A stretch of DNA of 64,000 bases from Octopus sinensis (GCF_006345805.1 NC_043000.1:93248001-93312000), one strand, 5' to 3'; shown: positions 1 to 13,866, numbered from the stretch's first letter. The notes: generated from the letters alone by a model not told the origin. Program-made: numbers and translations.

Positions 1-60
1 CTCACCTCCTTTATAATAATATTAATAATAATAATGATGATAACAACAACAACAATAGTA

Positions 61-94
<34 letters not shown>

Positions 95-95
<1 letters not shown>

Positions 96-310
96 CCTTT
101 CTACTAAAAGCACAAGGCCTGAAATTTGGTGGAAAGGGACTAGTTGATTACATCAACCCCAGTGTTTCACTTGTATTTATTTTATTGGCCCTGGAAGGGT
201 GAAAGGCAAAGTCGACCTTGGTGGAATTTGAACTCAGAATGTAATTATGGGCAAAATGCCACTAAGCACTTCAGCCAGCATGCTAACGATTCTGCCAGCT
301 TACCACCTTA
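95..310 (-). mobile_element. SINE family B (tRNA-derived head, (ATT)n tail)
   Basis: Reverse complement of AAGGTGGTAAGCTGGCAGAATCGTTAGCA...TCTGAGTTCAAATTCC (B-box)...GACTTTGCCTTTCA..., ending in (ATT)n. Further copies at ~3390-3605, 12350-12565, 13185-13400, 17143-17325, 23130-23345(-), 23640-23750, 26260-26460(-), 47440-47880 and 57928-58620. Confidence 0.8.
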
Positions 311-364
311 ATAATAATGATAATAATAATGATGATTATGATGATGATGATGATGACGACGACG

Positions 365-720
365 ATTTCATTTATTTGCCACCAGAGCAGATGAAGGGGA
401 CAATATGATAACAGACTCAAAGCGTAGGGATTTATATATAATGAAATGATATATAAAAAAAAGGAGTGGGGTAAGTATACATGGTATACAATGAAAAGGA
501 AGGGAAATATTCATAGTATACAAAATTCTAAAAAGAGCAGGGGCATGATAGAGATGTAGCTCTCCTGATGCAGGATAACCTCTAGGGATAACTGAGGAAC
601 CTCACTGTCCAAGATCTCCCTGAACACCAAAAGCAATTCTTTCTTCCAGTTCTCTCTTACCAATTTCACAATTTTCTCCAATCTTTCAATAAACTTACTT
701 GAGGACAGCACTTCCCGCTC
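365..720 (-). mobile_element. Probable 3' end of a decayed LINE (L1/Tx1-like)
   Basis: Minus-strand ORF fragment EREVLSSSKFIERLEKIVKLVR is followed by a UTR ending ..GGCAAATAAATGAAAT plus microsatellite. A similar 3' tail lies at ~52580-52750. The clade assignment is weak. Confidence 0.35.
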
Positions 721-785
721 CAAAGTGGTTTCAAGTTTTGGCACAATGCCAGTAATTTTGGAGGAAGGGGTAAGTTAATTATCTA

Positions 786-1170
786 GGTGAAGGTATGGCT
801 GTGTGGGAAGAAGCTTGCTTCCCAACCACATGCTTCCAGGTTCAGTTCCACTGTATGGCACCTTGGGCAAGTATCTTCTACTACAGCCTTGGGCCAACCA
901 AGGCCTTGCGAGTGGATTTGGTAGATGGAAACTGAAAGAAGCCCATGGTGTATATATATATATTTGTGTGCATGTGTGTTTATGTTTGTCCCTTCTCTAT
1001 CATTTGACACCGATGTTGATGTGTGTATGTCCCTGTAACTTAGCAATTTGGCAAAAAAGGCTGACAGAATAAGTACTAGGCTTACAAAGAATAAGTCCTG
1101 AGGTCAATTTGTTCAACTAAAGGCGGTGCTCCAGCATGGCCGCAGTCAAATGACTGACACAAATAAAAGA
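786..1170 (+). mobile_element. SINE family A (tRNA head, CORE-like ACCTTGGGCAAGT block, internal (TA)/(TG) linker)
   Basis: A-box-like TGGCTGTGTGG, B-box GGTTCAGTTCC, MIR/CORE-like CACCTTGGGCAAGT and tail GCAGTCAAATGACTGA..TAAAAGA. About 20 copies occur in the window. Confidence 0.85.
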
Positions 1171-1227
1171 ATATATATATATATATATAAATATGTGTGT
1201 GTGCATATATACACACATACATTTTTT

Positions 1228-1610
1228 TTTTTACTTGTTTCAGTCATTTGACTGTGACCATGCTGGAGCACCGCCTTTAGTCGAGCAAATCGACCCCGGG
1301 ACTTATTCTTTGTAAACCCAGTACTTATTCTATCAGTGTCTTTTGCCAAACCGCTAAGTGACTGGGTCATAAACACACCACCATCGGTTGTCAAGCAATG
1401 CTAGGGGGACAAACACAGACACACAAACACACACATATACATATATATGACAGGCTTCTTTCAGTTTCCGTCTACCAAATCCACTCACAAGGCTTTGGTC
1501 GGCCCGAGGCTATAGCAGAAGACACTTGCCCAAGATCCCACGCAGTGGGACTGAACCCGGAACCATGTGTTGGTTTAGCAGCTACTTACCACACAGCCAC
1601 TCCTGCGCCT
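1228..1610 (-). mobile_element. SINE family A, inverted copy
   Basis: Reverse complement of 786-1170, tail-to-tail with it. Confidence 0.85.
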
Positions 1611-2159
1611 ATATATATATATATATAATATATATATATATATATAAAACTTCAAGTAACATGAAATAAAAAAATCAACATAGAAATAAATAAAAAAAAG
1701 AAAATAAACCAAAGTGTCTCACCACACAGCCCCACCCACTCACCAAATTTTAACTAATGCGTCATACAACAGAGAAATAATAGATAAAAGAGATAATGGA
1801 TTTGATGCACTAGTTGTATCATATACACCCTACTTGTCATTCAATATCTTTCTCTTTTGCTTGTTTTAATACATTGCATTATTCATTTTATATTATGTAT
1901 TATACTCATCATTACTATTATTATTACCATTATCATTATCAAAATTATTATTATTATTATTTTTTAAAAGACAAAACTTACCTTTTTGGACATTTTTGTT
2001 TTATTTTACTTTTTCTTACTGTATTTTTAGTTATATTTCATTATTATTTATATTTTCAAAAATGTTATCAAAAATAAAATTTATAAGCATAAAATTTCCT
2101 TTAAATATGCAAAATTAAACATTACTATCATCATCATCATCCTTATTTTCGCTATTGTT

Positions 2160-2412
2160 ATTATTATCAACTTGCTCCACTTAATTCTGTGAGAAAGGAC
2201 AGCAATCTGTTGTCAAAAGTCTCATTAGGGTCCCACAGAGTCCCTTTGCATGAATTGTAAGACTTGGTGCATAGATGTTAAGCATCATGGAAGATACTGA
2301 ACACCCAGCAGCAATCTCAAAATCTTTGCTGTGCCCAATAGACCAGTTTTTTGAGCTTGCTCTACCCTCATTTCAATTTCAGTTTCTACTACATATTACT
2401 TTAACTTGATCG
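2160..2412 (-). mobile_element. R4/Dong-like non-LTR retrotransposon 3' end remnant
   Basis: Minus strand translates ...EMRVEQAQKTGLLGTAKILRLLL, the typical end of an REL-clade ORF. Flanked by (TAT)n. Confidence 0.6.
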
Positions 2413-2419
2413 TTAGTGC

Positions 2420-2499
<80 letters not shown>

Positions 2500-2505
<6 letters not shown>

Positions 2506-3354
2506 TTTATAACGTGCTTTCACTGCACTACCAAGCACAGCTCTGCATGCCTACGGTATGTACTGTGGTTTGTTGTAGTGCTCTTATTTTCATTGTATTG
2601 AAAGTGTTTTGCGTAGGATGCATGCAGTGCCTAGTAGTGCTATTTTCTGTGTGTTATATACATTTGTAAGTCCTGATGTTTTTGTTATGTATTTGTCTGA
2701 ATATTTTTTTATCACACCTAATGCACCCACTATGATAAGAATTGTTTCTGTTTTTAGATTCCACATTTGAGTTACCTCTATTTCCAGGTCATTATATTTT
2801 GAAAGTTTCTCCATTTCTTTTAGAAGAACGTTGTCATCTGTTGATATTGATACATCAATTAGAATGTATTTTTTCTTCATGATCTCTGACAACTATATCT
2901 GGCCTATTGTCATTAATTTCTCTATCTGTGTGTATTGGCATATCCCAGAGTATGGTTACTTTCTCGTTTTCTGTGACCTTTTCTGGCATGTGCCTATACC
3001 ATCTTTTTTCTGTTGTTATTCCATAATGTTGGCATAGCTTCCAGTGTATGTAGGTCCCAACTCTGTCATGTCTGTGAATATATTCCTTGTTAGCCAAGAC
3101 TGGGCAGCCAGAGACAATTTATTGTTTCTTGTCCATCTCCATATATTCTGCAGTTACTTGTTATGTTTCTTTCCATTATATATTTTTTGTAATTTCTGGT
3201 GGGGAGGCTTTGGTCTTGTGCTGCAATTAAAAATCCTTCACTCTCTGCTTTAAGTCCTGAGCTTCTCAGCCATTGCTGGGATTTTGCTTTGTCTATTTCT
3301 TTTGTGTTTAGGTTAACCCAGTATTTGCCATGAAGGGGCTTTTATTGCCATCAA

Positions 3355-3355
<1 letters not shown>
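2500..3355 (-). pseudogene. R4/Dong-like retrotransposon 3' fragment (frameshifted RHD / REL endonuclease region)
   Basis: ORFs 2855-3097 (HRHDRVGTYIHW...ILWDMPIHTDREINDNRPDIVVRD) and 2590-2892 (LIDVSIS..KEMEKLSKY..VGALG..ALLGTACILRKTL) are homologous to 41284-42240. (TAT)n on both sides. Confidence 0.85.
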
Positions 3356-3389
<34 letters not shown>

Positions 3390-3608
3390 AAAGCTAGTGA
3401 ACTGGCAGAATCATTAGTATGGTGAGCAAAATGCTTAGCAGCATTTTCATCCATCTTCACATTCTGAGTTCAAATTCTGCCAAGGTTGATTTTGCATTTC
3501 ACCTTTTCAGGGGTGATGAAAAAGTATCAGTCAAGCACAAGGGCTAATGTAATTGACTAGCCCACTTCCCCAAAATTTCAAGCTGTTTGGCAAGAGCAGA
3601 AAGAATAA

Positions 3609-3659
<51 letters not shown>

Positions 3660-4399
3660 GTTTTAAGTTTTTTATTTTGTGATTTAATAAGGATTTTACC
3701 TTATTTTCAAATACTAAACAGTCATCAATAATCAAAAGAATAAAGAAAAATACTCAATACAAAACATATTGTTTTTTTCCAATGGTGTTTACTTCTGAGA
3801 TTATTTTTTGCTTGTTTATTTTGCTTTTTATGTTTACCGAGTTTATAAAAAAAAATTGTTTAGGGTATTATAATTTTGAGCAAAAGAATAATAAATAAAC
3901 AGAAAAAATTAAATAAGATTAAAATAAAATTTACATAAAAATTGAAAAAAATATATCTAGATTATCCTCCAATAAATATAATTATAAAGGAATACATAAA
4001 GAAAATAACAAAAATATTGCAATTTTATTTATTTCATCTGTTTTTTTACTTACATCATCGATGTTTTACTAAGGCTTGCAATCATTTTACTTGTTTTCCA
4101 TTTGTACTATTTTCTCTTTCCTGTTTACTGACTCATTCTTCCTTTAAAATTATATTCTATTTTATTGCTTCTACACTTTTCATTCGCACATTTATTCATT
4201 TGTTCATTAGATTTGACATTCATTAGATTTGTTATTTTCAGTCTTGTGTCTTACTCTATCTTTGCTAAAATATGTACATAACTTCACATTGTTGCATAAC
4301 CATGTCATTTCATCAGACAATATCCAACTTTCTGTCAGTGAAATGAAATCAAATGAGAAGCTACATAATGTTTTCTCAATGTTATATATATATATATAA

Positions 4400-4625
4400 A
4401 GTTAATCCAAACAAGAAAACAAAAAAACAACAACGCAAGGATTTGGAACAAATAAAGTATTATTGGACGCTCAGGAAAGAAGGCAAGAGGGAGGGTTTGA
4501 CGTTTCGAGCAGAGCTCTTCGTCGGAAACATTGGAGAAAGAAATCCTGAGACGGGAGGACAGAGGAAAAAAAATAGCAGGTAGTCTACACGAGGTCACAT
4601 ACTAAAAAGACGGAAGTGGTCAAAA
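4400..4625 (-). mobile_element. Penelope-type pLTR fragment with HHR-like motif
   Basis: Minus strand 4495-4530 reads GTTT-CCGACGA-A-GAGC-tct-GCTC-GAAAC-GTC-AAAC. Flanked by (TA)n. A second copy lies at 26850-27052. Confidence 0.65.
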
Positions 4626-4655
4626 GGAAGGAAAAAAAAAAAAATATATATATAG

Positions 4656-4714
<59 letters not shown>

Positions 4715-5018
4715 AAGATGTGTGAGTGTGTGTTACTGCATATATACACATGTACATATGTGTGTACAAAAAGAATGTCAAATCTAAATGAATGTGTGAA
4801 TGGAAATTGTAGAAGCAACAAAGTGGAATATAATTTTAAAAGAGGAATGACTCAGCAAAAAGGAAAGAGAAAGTAGTGTGTGTGTGTGCATGTGTCTATG
4901 TGTGAATACATACACACACACATACATACATACATGCATACATACATACATGCATACATACATACATGCATACATGCATACATACATGCATACATACATA
5001 CATACATACATACATACA

Positions 5019-5054
<36 letters not shown>

Positions 5055-5649
5055 TATATATAAATATATAATTCTATATGCATATATGCATGCATGAATT
5101 ACACTGAAATCAGCATAGTTATAAAATTTTAGAAATACCCTTTAATATATAGGTATATGCTGTAAAAAAGTTGATTACAAATAAAATTTTGTAGTTCACC
5201 CTCAGATATTTCCTACTCAACTCTATAAACATTTTATATTTTCTGATATTATCAGAAGCATCTTTATTTCATTACATTTGCCATAAAGGCATAATACAGA
5301 TAAAGCTTGGCGGGCTGGACGCAGACACAATGATGATGATGATGTGATGATGATGATGGTATGTCCACCATTTTGTTATTTTGTTACATTGGTTATTTCA
5401 AAGGGGAATTACTCCTTCGTCGTTTCTGTTGTTCAAAGCAGATTTTTTTTGTTTTTGTTGCTTCTTTACATGTCTAAAGAACTAAACTTATGATACTCAC
5501 AAACACAAATCACAAATCACAAATATGCTATATCAGGGTATGTGGATCACTACACGTGGAGAATAACAAACATTTCCGTTCAAATATCATTGGATAGTGA
5601 ACCCTTCAGCATTCATATTTCTCTGTCAAATCTAATTTTTATTTACTCA

Positions 5650-6056
5650 TTTACTCTTTTACTTGTTTCAGTAATTTGACTGTGGCCATGCTGGAGTGCC
5701 ACCTTTTATCGAGCACATCGACCCCAGCACTTATTCCTTGTAAGCCTAGTACTTTTTCTATCAGTCTGTTTTGCTGAATCGCTAAGTTACGGGGATGTAA
5801 ACACACAAGCATCAGTTGTCAAGCGATGTTGAGGGGACAAACACAGGCACACAAACATACACACATGCACACACATATATATACACATATACGATGGGCT
5901 TCTTCCAGTTTCTGTCTACCAAATCCACTTATAAGGATTTGGTCAGCCCAATGCTATAGTAGAAGACACTTGCCCAAGGTGCCACACAGTGGGACTGAAC
6001 CCAGAACCATGTGGTTGGTAAGCAAGCTACTTACCACACAGCCACTCCTATGCCTA
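5650..6056 (-). mobile_element. SINE family A
   Basis: Full-length reverse copy. Confidence 0.85.
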
Positions 6057-6334
6057 TTTATTCAGAACATTTGTTCACAATGTTTCGAATTAATCATGCA
6101 ATATCTCGTACAGTTGAGATTTCAATGATGTGATTGTTTATGCTGAGGTTGACATTGAAGGGTAGGTGTGAGAGGCTGAATCTGGCCAGTTTGAATGTAA
6201 AAATAAAGGAAGATTATTTTTGCCAGAAATGGCTGCTTTAAATGCTAAAGTGTTAAACATGGTTATGATAACTGGACACTCACATACATCCCCTGCACAC
6301 ACAGACATCATTGCATACAAACACACACACACCA

Positions 6335-6374
<40 letters not shown>

Positions 6375-6479
6375 ATACATACAGATATGCAACTACAAAC
6401 ACACACACACACACCAGTGGATATGTGTGCTCATGTCTACTGAATGTTGAAGATGGTTTGATCCATAAGAGAAATGGTG

Positions 6480-6842
6480 GACAGGAGGAGGAACAGAAGT
6501 AAAAAATTGAGAGGGTAAGAGGAAGGGAGAAGAAGATGAAGATGAAGAAGAGAAAGAAGAAGGAGGAGGGGAGAAGAAGAATAAAAGGGTTGGAGGACGG
6601 GGAGAAGAAGAAGGAGGAGGAGGGGAGAAGAACAATGACAGGGTAGGAGGAGGGGGAAGAAGAATGGGAGGGTGGGAGGAGTGGGAGAAGAAAAAGAGGG
6701 GAAAAGAAGGAGAAGGAGGAAGAGGAAAAGAAACAACAAAGAAGGAGAAGGAAAAGAAGAAGAAAGAAAGTAGGAGAAGGAAAAGAAGAAGAAAGAAAGG
6801 AGGAGAAGGAAAAGAAGAAGAAACAAAGGAGGTGAAGGAATA

Positions 6843-6873
<31 letters not shown>

Positions 6874-6965
6874 AAGAAGAAGAAGAAGAAGAAGAAGAAG
6901 AAACAAAGAAGGAGGAGAAGGAAAAGAAAAAAGGAAGAGGGATAAGCAGGTGAGAGAGAAGGAAG
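6480..6965. repeat. Purine-rich low-complexity / (AAG)n tract
   Basis: GGA/GAA-rich run ending in a perfect (AAG)n of ~20 units. Similar tracts lie at 19969-20283 and 42633-42713. Confidence 0.9.
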
Positions 6966-7576
6966 ACCAGATCCAAATAGTAAATGATCTATAGAAGTGG
7001 CAAAAATGTAGATCATTTGCAAAGTGCTAACCTCTGCTCTACAATATCGGTTTGGTGTGGAGTTAATATAAAAGAGTCAATGACACAAAGCATCAAATTT
7101 CTATTCAAGTGATTCCATAGTTGCTAACATACTAACAGAATTAATTTAGTTCCTAGTGTAATGAAAGCATTATTCTTCAGAATTTTCCAAAGGAGTTTTA
7201 TAATTCTTCTTCCAAATAATTTCAATGAAGTTTATTTCTAAATCTATTTTCATGTATTATATTAAGTCGCTCTACCTTTTGGTTTCCAGAAAAATCATTC
7301 TAAAATTACATTACCTCACATGAGTTCTTAGTTCAATTCTAGTCCCTACAACCGTTTTTTTTTTTTTAAGAGTTTTATACTGGTAGTTTGACTCATTTGG
7401 CTTTATGCTTTCTTGTATGATTAACCATTTAGTATCAAGATTTCAATGATGGGATTTTTTTTATTATTAGAATAACATTGTAGGTTAGGTGTGAAAGACC
7501 AGATCTAGCTGGTTTGGGCATAAAACATGTGGAATATTCGGATCTGATACAGATGATTTATATGCTTATAGGCTAA

Positions 7577-7786
7577 CCCTTTCATTGCCATATTTATTTT
7601 GAGATGCTCTGTGTTTCTTTGAATTACTTTAAATATAACAAAGAGTTTAGTAAAATAACTTAGTTATCATTCAGCTAGTGTTAGGAACATAAAGGTGTGG
7701 TGGAAGATTTTAATTCAAAACTTATAAAAACAAGACATTTGTACTCAGAGCCAGAGCCGTTTTCAGCCGGGTTGGTAACGAAAGGG
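7577..7786. mobile_element. piggyBac-like MITE
   Basis: (C)TAA|CCCTTTCATTGCCA ... TGGTAACGAAAGGG|TTAA: CCC/GGG termini and a TTAA-type target site. Copies at 32410-32642 and 32997-33216, with a fragment at ~29300-29480. Confidence 0.75.
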
Positions 7787-8369
7787 TTAAGAAGACTGCC
7801 TTGCTGCAACATTCCAGTTTTGACCTATTGCATGGCAACTTAAACAATTGATATCTGTCACAGCCCCCAGTTTATTGAAATTTTGTGAGTAAAATTTGAC
7901 CGAGTATATATCTTTTCTCTTTTGTTTCAGTCATTTGACTGCGACCATGCTGGGGCATCACTTTGAAGGGTTTTACTTGAACAAATCAGTCAAACCCAGG
8001 ACTTATTTTTAAAAGTCTGATAGTTATTCTATTGGTCTCTTTTGCCAAACCACTAGGTTAGAGGGACATAAACACACCAGTACCGATGGTAGGAGACAAA
8101 CACAGACACAAAGACACACACATAAATAGGAACATAAATATATACAGCAATGTAACTACACACATGCTGGTGGCAATTTCTTTTCCTTCTTTCAACTCTT
8201 ATATTTCTCCTTTCCAACAAAGATCTATGCTTGAAACTTCAAAAAAATCTCTCTTTCTTAAGGAACAAAAATTAATACATTCCTTGAGCACATACTCTTC
8301 TTGTCTGTTGATGTTAATAATTGTATTGTTTGTTCATTTGAACCTACTATATATATATATATATATATA

Positions 8370-8872
8370 TGCTTGCAAAGACCTGTTGAGGCAAGTGAAA
8401 TTGAAATCAAATTCGATGACTGGCATCTGTGCTAGTGGAGCACTAAGAACACTATCCGAGCATGATTGTTGCCAGAGCAACAAACTAGCTTCTGTGCTAG
8501 TGGCACGTAAAAAGCAGCCTTTGAGCATGATCATTACTAGTGTTGCCTTACTGGCAGTTGTGCTGGTGGCACATGAAAAACATTTGAGCGAGGTCATTGC
8601 TAGTGCCGCTGGACTGGCTCCTGTGCAGATGACACATAAAAAAACAGCATTTGAGTGTGGCCATTGCCAGTACTGCCTGACTGGCCCTCGTGCTGGCAGC
8701 ACGCAAAAGCACCCACTACATTCTCAGAATGGTTGACGTTAGGAAGGGCATCCAGCTGTAGAAAATCTGCCAGATTAGATTGGAGCCTGGTGCAGCCATC
8801 TGGTTTGCCAGTCCTCAGTCAAATCGTCCAACTCATGCTAGCATGGAAAGTGATGTTAAACAATGATGATAA
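8370..8872 (+). mobile_element. SINE-like family E ((GAT)n tail)
   Basis: GGCACGTAAAAAGCAC...GTTAGGAAGGGCATCCAGCTGTAGAAA...CATGCTAGCATGGAAAG..GTTAAA(C/T)GATGATGAT. Copies at ~14915-15285, 48430-48860, 51763-51952, 58940-59287 and 62688-62878. Confidence 0.7.
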
Positions 8873-8887
8873 CATATATGTGTGTGT

Positions 8888-9020
<133 letters not shown>

Positions 9021-9388
9021 CAATTTCCATCTACCAAATCCACTAACAAAGCTTTGGTTGGCCCAAGACTGTAGCAGAAGACACTTGTCTTAGATACCAC
9101 ACAGTAGGACTGAACCTGGAACCATGTGGTTGGGAGGCAAGCTTTTTAATGCTAGCTACCTACTTTAAGTGTAATAATGTAGATAGTGAAACTTGTGATG
9201 TCATTTCTGTGTGGTTGTTGGCAGAGCCATATGCTGCATTGGAATCTTGTAGGTGAAGATGATAGAACTGTTTTCTGTCTCACTCTGCATGCATTGTATA
9301 AAATGACACCATACAGTGATACTGTGTGAATGGGAGCCTTGCCGACAGGTCACTCTTATGAGTCATCTTAGCTGCTAAAGACGTCATA

Positions 9389-9458
9389 CCACTTTGGTGT
9401 AGTGGTTAGCACAGCCATATGGTATACAGCAGGCACAATGTTCAAATCCTGCAGGGGA
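9389..9458 (+). pseudogene. tRNA-like pseudogene or orphan SINE head
   Basis: A-box TGGTGTAGTGGTTAGCAC and B-box TGTTCAAATCCTG at tRNA spacing. The anticodon and acceptor stems are degenerate. Confidence 0.4.
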
Positions 9459-9485
9459 TGCTGCAGCTGTTTTTGTCTTCCATTA

Positions 9486-9553
<68 letters not shown>

Positions 9554-9729
9554 CTGAAATATATGTACTTGGTGTAATAATGTTGTGTTTTTTTTCTATT
9601 GTTTGATTCAAATAGTGCTGGTGTATAAGTAATATGGATGTATAAATAGATATATAGAAGTACATATACATAATACACATATACACACACACACACACAT
9701 TTATCCATCTATGTATATATGTATATATA

Positions 9730-9915
9730 TGGCTTTATGGTAAAAAGCTTACTTCCCAATCACATGCTTCTAGGTTCAGTCCTACTGTGTTGCAGCTTGG
9801 GCAAATGTCTTCAACTATAGCCTTGGGCCAACCAAAGCCTTGTGAGTGGATTTGGTAGATGGAAACTGAAAGAAGCCCAATGTGTGTATGTATAATATAT
9901 ATACATATATATAAA

Positions 9916-9946
<31 letters not shown>

Positions 9947-10170
9947 CTGTCTGTATGTATGTATGTATTTGTGTGTCTGTGTTTGTCACCCCACCATTGC
10001 TTGACAACCAATGTTGGTACGTTTATGTCCCCGTAACTTAGCGGTTTGGCAAAACAGATCGATAGAATAAGAACTAGGCTTACAAAGAATATGTTCTGGG
10101 ATTGATTTGTTTGACTACAGGCGATGCTCCAACATGGCCACATTCAAATGACAGAAACAAATGAAAAAAT
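9730..10170 (+). mobile_element. SINE family A
   Basis: Same head, CORE block and tail as 786-1170. Confidence 0.8.
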
Positions 10171-10931
10171 AAACAATACACACACACACACACACACACA
10201 CACATATGTATATATTTGTATATACACACACATTCACATATATATATATATTACCTAAGTATTGAGTACGTTCTACTTATTTGGTTCAAGCTCTATACAG
10301 TTACAACTATTTCCAAACTTATAATAATACAACAATTAGCATATACAAATACAAGCATACAGATATATATATATATATTATATATATATATAGCAAAAGA
10401 GAGAGAGAGAGAGGGAAAGAGAGAGAGTGAGAGAGAGAGAGATGTACATTTACATGTATACACACACATATACATATCCATATACACATGTGTATTCCTA
10501 CAGAATTTTGGCTTATTAGTAAAACAAAATAATAAAAAAGCTAAAAGAATCAATAAGTTTTAAGTGAAAACCATGAAACTATGCAAAACTACAAACCTGG
10601 AAAGATGACCGATAATGCTTAAACAGAAATATCCAACATAACCATTACAGATAAAACTGCATGAAAACCATCAGGGTGAGGTATTAGAGGCTAAATTGAA
10701 TCTCTAATGGATACAAACGGCCCGACAGAGTTATTCTTCTTTTGAGACAAACATTTTGTTTGTTTTGTCTGTTTGCTTGTTGCTTTGTATGTTTTGTTTG
10801 CGTGTATATATATATTTTTGTCTTTTGGTTGTTGTTCCTTATCTTATGCCATCGCATGGGTTCCAGTCTGTTACATGTTGTTATGGTCTGTAATAAAATA
10901 TTAAGTTTTTATCTAGGATGAAAAAAAAATC

Positions 10932-10965
<34 letters not shown>

Positions 10966-10970
10966 TGATG

Positions 10971-11029
<59 letters not shown>

Positions 11030-11225
11030 TATAATAATAATGAAACAAATTGAAATTGTGGTGGCTTGTTTCGGTTCGGTTTGCTTGCTGTTGTTAGAGC
11101 CATCATTATTGTCATCATTGATGCTTGTTGATGTTGTTGTTGATACTGTCCAGAAAGTGGGCAGAACTCCTGGATTATGGAGGTGATACCAATGGTGGGA
11201 GTAATGGTTATGGTGGTGGTGGTGC

Positions 11226-11263
<38 letters not shown>

Positions 11264-12563
11264 TGGTGGTGTTGGTAGTGGTGATGGGTGAATGATAGTG
11301 ATGGTGGTAGTTGTAGTGTTGTTGTTGTTGTTGTTGTTGGTAGTGGTGATGATGGTAGTAGCAATAGCAATAGCAATAGTAGCTGTGATAGTGGTGGCTG
11401 TGGTGGTCCTGGTTGTGATTATAGTTGAGGTAGCAACAGTGGTGGCAGTGGTATGATAGTGGTTGTACTTGTGGTGATGATGATGGTGGTGGTGGCAGTG
11501 ACATTCTAGTTGTGTTAACTATGATGGTGGGTAATATTATGCATGGTCGTTTGTACTACTAGAAATAGCAGTTTCAGGCAGTTATAAACAACAAGTGGTG
11601 CTGATGGTTGGAGCTGAAAAAAAAATTAAAGTAGAATCAGTCAGGTATGATAACGAAACAGCTGTAGAAAAGGTTAGTTGAGGGTAGGTATTTATCACCA
11701 ACTTAGAAAAAGCTGTCAGAAAGAACTTTGAAGCCAAAGTAGCAGTGAGGCTAATTCTTGAACACTAAACATGAAGGCCCATTGTCTGAGATAAAGTGTG
11801 TGTGCAAAGGCCCAGGCAAAGTAAAGCAGTGTGAAAGACTTGGTGGCGGGGCACATACTGACAGTTGAGCCATGATATGGTCTTTGACAGATCGTGAAAC
11901 ACGTGTGATATCCAGTCCTTGATGGATGTGTGAAGCAATGTATTTGTGAAGAGTGATGGACTTGGGTAAGTAGTCTTCAAAACCTGTCTCAATGACCTGT
12001 CATAGAATGATAGAGGAAGGTGTGGACAGAGGAAGAATGAGAGAGGAAGGTGCTGCAAAAGTCTGATTTCAGAACCTGAAATAGGGGATGGATATGTTCA
12101 GTTGTACATGAAGTAGGTAACTAAAGATGGACAGTCTTCTCTACAAACTATATTGTAACATACCAGACTTGTTCATCCTTCTTTTTGATAGAGATCTATC
12201 AGAATTGGCAACAAATTGAGAAAATTCCCAGTTATGTAATCTTTTATGTAAACCGCCCTATACAAATTGTAGACCACCCTTATGATTTCCCTCTCATCTA
12301 TGCCACTATGACTATTAAAAGAAATCCCTATTACTGTTAGTATTGTCATTAAGGCGGAGAGCTGGCAGAATCATTAGAATGCTGAGCAAAATGCATAGCA
12401 GTATTTCACCCATCTTTATGTTCTGAGTTCAAATGCCACCAAGGCTGACATTACTTTTTATCCTTTTGGAGGTCAATAAAATAAGTACCAGTTGAGTACT
12501 AGGATCGATGTAATTGACTATCCCCTCCCTCAAATTTTAGGACTTGTATATTTAGTAGAAAGG

Positions 12564-12629
<66 letters not shown>

Positions 12630-12799
12630 GTTCTTGTTGTTGTTGTTGCTGTTGCAAATAATAATAATAAAATCAAAGTTGATTTTGCCTTTCATCCTCT
12701 CAGTGTTGGTAAAATAAAGTACTAGTTGAGTATTTTAGTTGATATAATCAACTAGCCCCACCCACCAACATTTCAGGCCTTTTACCTACAGGAGAAAGG

Positions 12800-12833
<34 letters not shown>

Positions 12834-12846
12834 TATTATTATTATC

Positions 12847-12891
<45 letters not shown>

Positions 12892-13090
12892 CCATCATTA
12901 TCATTATCATGATTATTATTATTATTATTGTTATTGTTATTGTTATTATTATTATTATTGTTATTGTTATTATCATTATTTTTTATCATCATCATCATCA
13001 TCACCATCATTATCATTATCATGATTATTATTATTATTATTGTTATTGTTATTGTTATTATTATTATTATTGTTATTGTTATTGTTATCA

Positions 13091-13130
<40 letters not shown>

Positions 13131-13147
13131 TATTATTATTATTATTA

Positions 13148-13184
<37 letters not shown>

Positions 13185-13185
13185 G
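12800..13185. repeat. Compound (ATT)/(ATC)/(GTT)n microsatellite
   Basis: Direct inspection. Similar compound tracts lie at 10933-11040, 11200-11500, 20506-20800 and 44688-45000. Confidence 0.95.
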
Positions 13186-13442
13186 GTAGCAAGCTGAAAG
13201 AACTATTAGCACATCGGACAACATGCTTAGTGACATTTCACTTGATTTTACTTTCTGAATTCAGATCCTGCCAAAATAGATTTTGCCCTTCATCATTGAG
13301 GTCAATAAAATCTGTACCAGTTGTGCACTGGGGTTGATGTAATCGATTAGTTCACTCCCCTTAAATTTCAGGCCTTGTGTCTATAGCTGAAAAAAATATT
13401 ATTATGATCATGAGCCAAACACCCTAACCACTAAACCACACA

Positions 13443-13474
<32 letters not shown>

Positions 13475-13502
13475 AGCACACACACACACACATATATATA
13501 CA

Positions 13503-13866
13503 CAGCACTTGATGTAGGCCTCCATGTTGAGTGTGAGACAATGTGGGAAGATGAATGGAGGCATAACATCACCATCACTAGTGATCACACCAAACACCAT
13601 GATGTTGACTGGGTACATGTCCTCAGATTGCACTGTCTTCAGATTGACACCCAAACACTCTGAAATATTTGTATTGGATCTTCCAGTGCAAATGCCAAGC
13701 AGTACAGCATGTCGTTTCCAAATTTCTGGTAGAGTGAATAGCGTCATGGTGCTGTTTTTCTTACAGACTGTGCCCATCTAACCCTACTATACAAAATCAA
13801 AAACAAACAATGTGTATGTGCGAAATTAAAAATATAAAAGACAGCAAGTTACCCATTGTGCCCTGT
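13503..13866 (-). mobile_element. Internally deleted Tc1/mariner (maT/DD37-like) element
   Basis: Minus ORF joins an N-terminal HTH-like segment (WKRHAVLLGI..NISECLGVNLKTV) to IMVFGVITSDGDVMPPFIFP..LNMEAYIKC. The terminus is TA|CAGGG. A second copy lies at 37818-38094. Confidence 0.7.

Noticed and set aside
11740-12060. Minus-strand ORF with weak Penelope- or integrase-like words (ISDNGP)
   Set aside because: The motifs fall in different frames and do not assemble into a recognisable domain.
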